This document shows, piece after piece, positions 34,919-38,262 of a DNA stretch of 38,262 nucleotides; the first letter of the stretch is position 1; each line of letters opens with the position of its first letter. The DNA is taken from NCBI GenBank assembly GCA_020536535.1, contig JAHLWZ010000957.1:1-38262 (forward strand), given 5' to 3'. This DNA is from Pelomyxa schiedti (taxonomy: Eukaryota; Protista; Evosea). A program made the translations under genes and the position numbers. The notes under the pieces were generated by a model. That model did not search any database. It saw nothing but the letters and a program-made list of their open reading frames with translations, and was not told the origin of the DNA.

Positions 34919-37900
34919 TTACACCTTAGTCTGCTGGGTTTGCCCCAACAGAGAAAGTTGGAGTATCTTGTTCAAATTGGCTTGTGCAGGCAGGAACATG
35001 GTATCTGTGGGTATTTTTCCATGTGGAGGAATGTCACACTTACAAGGAACTCCGGGCTTGTGCGCAATGTGGTTTTCGTCTCCACTGGAAGCAGAGTCCG
35101 CACTTGTTGTTAGGTCTAAAAGATTGAGGTGGGGTGCATGAGTTGTAGGGGCCGAGTGTGGAATTAGGGGAGGTGTAACGGGACTCTTGATTCTCTTGGG
35201 AACCGTGGGTGATGACGCTGAGGGTGGTAACACTTGTGATGCTGATGATGACGAGCAGGTTGTAGTGGCTGCGGTGATGGAGGTACTGACAACTGTTGAG
35301 GAGACTAACGGGGGGGCAGAAAGTGAGCACAGGGAGAGAATGTTCTCGGCCAAGGAAGTTACCGAGGAGTTCGTGGCGGCGCAGGATAAGCGTGGGGATG
35401 TGTGGGGCGTTGGGAGTGTCTCGGAGCTATGCGGAGAGACGGCGGGAGTTTGAACCGGCGTGCTGGTTGCGGCAGGGGCCGTGGTTCCAGAAGTGAGGGG
35501 TAAATCGGGGGGTTGTGTGGAATCATTGGGTGGCACTGGCGGTGATGGTGCGGGAGAATTCTGCGTGGCGGGGATGGAATCGTTGGGTGGTGATGGTTCC
35601 TTGTTCGGAGTCTTACTCCTTGGGCGAGGGGGTGGAGTTTGGCTTCTGCGTGGCGGAGTTTTGCTTCTTGGGGGGGTTTGACTTCTTGGTGTCTTGCTGC
35701 GGGCTCTCTTTCTTAGGGATACTTCTTCCCCAACTTCTTTGGGCAGGTTCAGCATGTGCCGCCATTTAAATTGAGTGTGGGTGTGGAAGAGACTGAGAAT
35801 CTCTGGGTTGGACATATGTCCCACAATGACAGATTCTTGAGGCAGATGGAGAGTGGTAGAATACTGATACGCTGTTTCTATGTTGTTTTCTTCCAAACAG
35901 AGAGCCGGTGATAAATCAGCATTTAGAGGTGATGCAGCGGCTGCCTTCTCCAGTAGTGCAATGAAAAATTTGATAAACCTGAAAGTTATTTAAGGACATC
36001 CTACTTTCTACAATTATTTCTACCGCTCAACAAAACAAGCCATGTTAACACTCTCTGCCTCGGCTTTTTTCAGTAGCCAAGAGCACACCAAATCAGATTG
36101 ATAGAAGCGGTTTGTAGCAAGATCGCACTCAATGAGAGAGTAGTCGATAAGCTTGTATAGAATATTACGGGTTTCAGTGCAATCCTCCTGTTGGAGTACC
36201 GCCATAGCGGCAGTGATGTCAAATGTGCCTTTAAACACAGTCAGCGGAATTGCCCATTTCTCAATCAAATCACGTGAAGCTGCCTCTAGGAAGTAAGGTC
36301 TAAGAAGCTCGGAGTGTTGTTCCATTGTGTTCAGTTTATTGATCAGCATTTCCGGAGAAATGTTGGCAGAGGTATTTAGTTGACTGGCAGCCTTTCGGAT
36401 AGGAACAGGCATCAGACAACAGAGTTGAACTATATACTCCGCCTGATCTTGTGAGAGGGGAACTTGGGGACACAGTGACTTTAGCAGTAATATAGCATCA
36501 GAAGGCAAAAGAGCACCGATGCGCAATTTTAGACATGGAGATTCTGTTAGAGCGTATTTAGACAAATAAGAGTGATTTGCCGTACCAATTACAGAATCCA
36601 AGGGAATATGCTGTTGAGACGTTAAAAGAACAAGGCATGGAGATGAATATTTCGGAATGAGTTGCAAAACTTGCTCACAGCCACCGACATCTTCAATGAG
36701 AACAATGGCACTTTTTCCCCTGAAGCAGCCTGGACCAAATTTAGCCATTGCTAGGTTAATAACAAGGTTAACTTTGATACATTCCACACAGTTCAGACTC
36801 ATTTTCTGGAAGTGTTCCAACAGATGACAATGTTCGTATGGCTCCTTTCATAGCATCGCGCACCTTTAAGGAGATCAATAATGATGAATACTGTGAGTGA
36901 AGTTACTGTTGTTGACCCCAGGTTCATTTGAACGTAGACATCAGCAAACTTGGGGGAAAACTGGCGCGCAACATGTTGCATAATACTAGTTTTACCCACC
37001 AGTGGAAGTCCAAAGAGGAGTACCACAAGTGGAGAGTCTAATGCAAGTAAAACAGTGTGAGGAGCGGTGCCAAAGTACCTGGCAAGGAGTTTGTAATAAA
37101 CGATGATATCAAATTCAATTCGTAGTCTCTTCCAATCAGGTGATTACTTCTCTGAGTGATGGAATCTAGAGAAAACTAAATGATGATTATGCCAAACTGA
37201 AGTACAATTCAGTGCCGGCCTTCCCATAAATTTTCTTTCATCAATCATAGAAGGGCTCATTTCAGAGATACTGCCTTGCCTCCTGACGTAAGCTCTGGCA
37301 CTCTAGTACTAGTGTGACATGTCGACAAAGAAAATGTATGAAACAAACCCTGGTTTGGTCATTTGTCATATAAATTGGGGCTCTTCCTTTTGCAACCTTC
37401 ACTTCAACAACAAATACATCCTCCAGCAGAATTCCTTCACTGGTTTTAATTGGAATAAAAGAAACACTCCACATTTCAGGATCAATTTCTGGTCGGAAAT
37501 CTGGTGGGAGGGACGGTTGAAGCACACTTTAGAGAAAAAAAGGAACCTGAGAGGGTTATTACTTGAAATAAGTCCATCCAATTTCAACCTTAAGTCATCA
37601 CGAAAACTACGCTGAAGACATATTCCTGAAATAGTACCATCATCAGCAACTCCAAAGAATATTGTACCACCAGAAGCATTCACAAAAGCATTCAAATATC
37701 TCTGGATGAAGGGTACAAAAAAAAAATAAAAAATAGGAACATACAACTGCTATTGTTGAAATGAAGCCTGTCACCTCAGTGACATTCGTCAAAGACTTGA
37801 ATCTGCATTGAGTAAGACTCTTTTGTTTTTTTGGCAATTTCTAACACACTCATGTTCTGAGTCTTCCTCAAAAGGTATCTTCGAGTCAAGGGTATAGTAT

Positions 37901-38262
37901 CTAGTACTTGAAGGTTGCATTGGATCAGCTTGCATATCGATGTTCTGAAGATGTGAACACACATCGGGTGATTTCGATTTTGATGTTGGTATGGACAAAG
38001 AGTGAGCCGCCACAATAGCATCCAGGGAATTGGGCTCAGATATAACAGGCACTACAGTAGTGAGGTCTTCATCTTCACTCAATCTAAGAGTAGTTGGCCT
38101 TCCACGCGTTGCTATATTGACCTTTGGCTCCGCACACACTTTCTTATCGGGGACTACGTCCCGGCTGTCATTGGCATTGACAGTGACAGTGACAGATACA
38201 GATACAGGGGCAGGGGCAGGGACAGGTACAGACTTCGATGATGGGATGCCACCCAGTGTTTG
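34919..38262 (-). CDS. Schlafen (AlbA_2) domain - NB-ARC/STAND NTPase - winged helix - Pro/Ser/Thr-rich tail; 5'-partial, multi-exon
   Basis: AlbA_2: FEEDSEHE|FKSL, YLNAFVNASGGTIFFGVADDGTISGI, VVEVKV, YVRRQGS. STAND: LIGRDYEL, Walker A LFGLPLVGKTS (~36988-37014), Walker B AIVLIEDV, LVLLTSQ, IVQLCCLMPVPIRKAA (GxP region), LTVFKGTFDITAAMAV, LIDYSLI, RFYQSDLV (MHD position). Stop at 34919-34921. Confidence 0.85.
38170..38232. repeat. Degenerate 6-nt tandem repeat in coding sequence (encodes VPVPAPAPVSVSVTVTV on the minus strand)
   Basis: gacagt gacagt gacaga tacaga tacagg ggcagg ggcagg gacagg tacaga. Confidence 0.7.

Overview
This is gene-dense eukaryotic DNA with many short spliceosomal introns (mostly about 30-100 nt, GT-AG plus a few GC-AG), so most ORF-track entries are exon fragments or shadow ORFs. 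The gene content and intron style suggest a free-living amoeba such as a Pelomyxa-like archamoeba; that is an inference, not something the sequence proves. From left to right: (1) two tandem, partly near-identical membrane adenylate cyclase genes, the first 5'-truncated by the window edge; (2) an orphan gene; (3) a uridine kinase-UPRT fusion with altered active-site residues; (4) an intron-containing, bacterial-type L-lysine 6-aminotransferase; (5) a PH-RasGEF. The last ~21 kb look like a cell-autonomous immunity cluster. It holds a ~4,800-aa RNF213/mysterin-like AAA+ protein (six B-box-like zinc fingers, CBM20, AAA+ core, variant RZ finger, no visible RING, one 11.5-kb exon). Directly upstream, in the same frame and separated by one TAA plus 36 nt, is a RING-ubiquitin-like-TerD gene. 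A secreted GH28 with a GC-rich first exon follows, and then a Schlafen(AlbA_2)-NB-ARC/STAND gene that runs off the right edge. All exon boundaries and domain calls were made by eye, without database searches.
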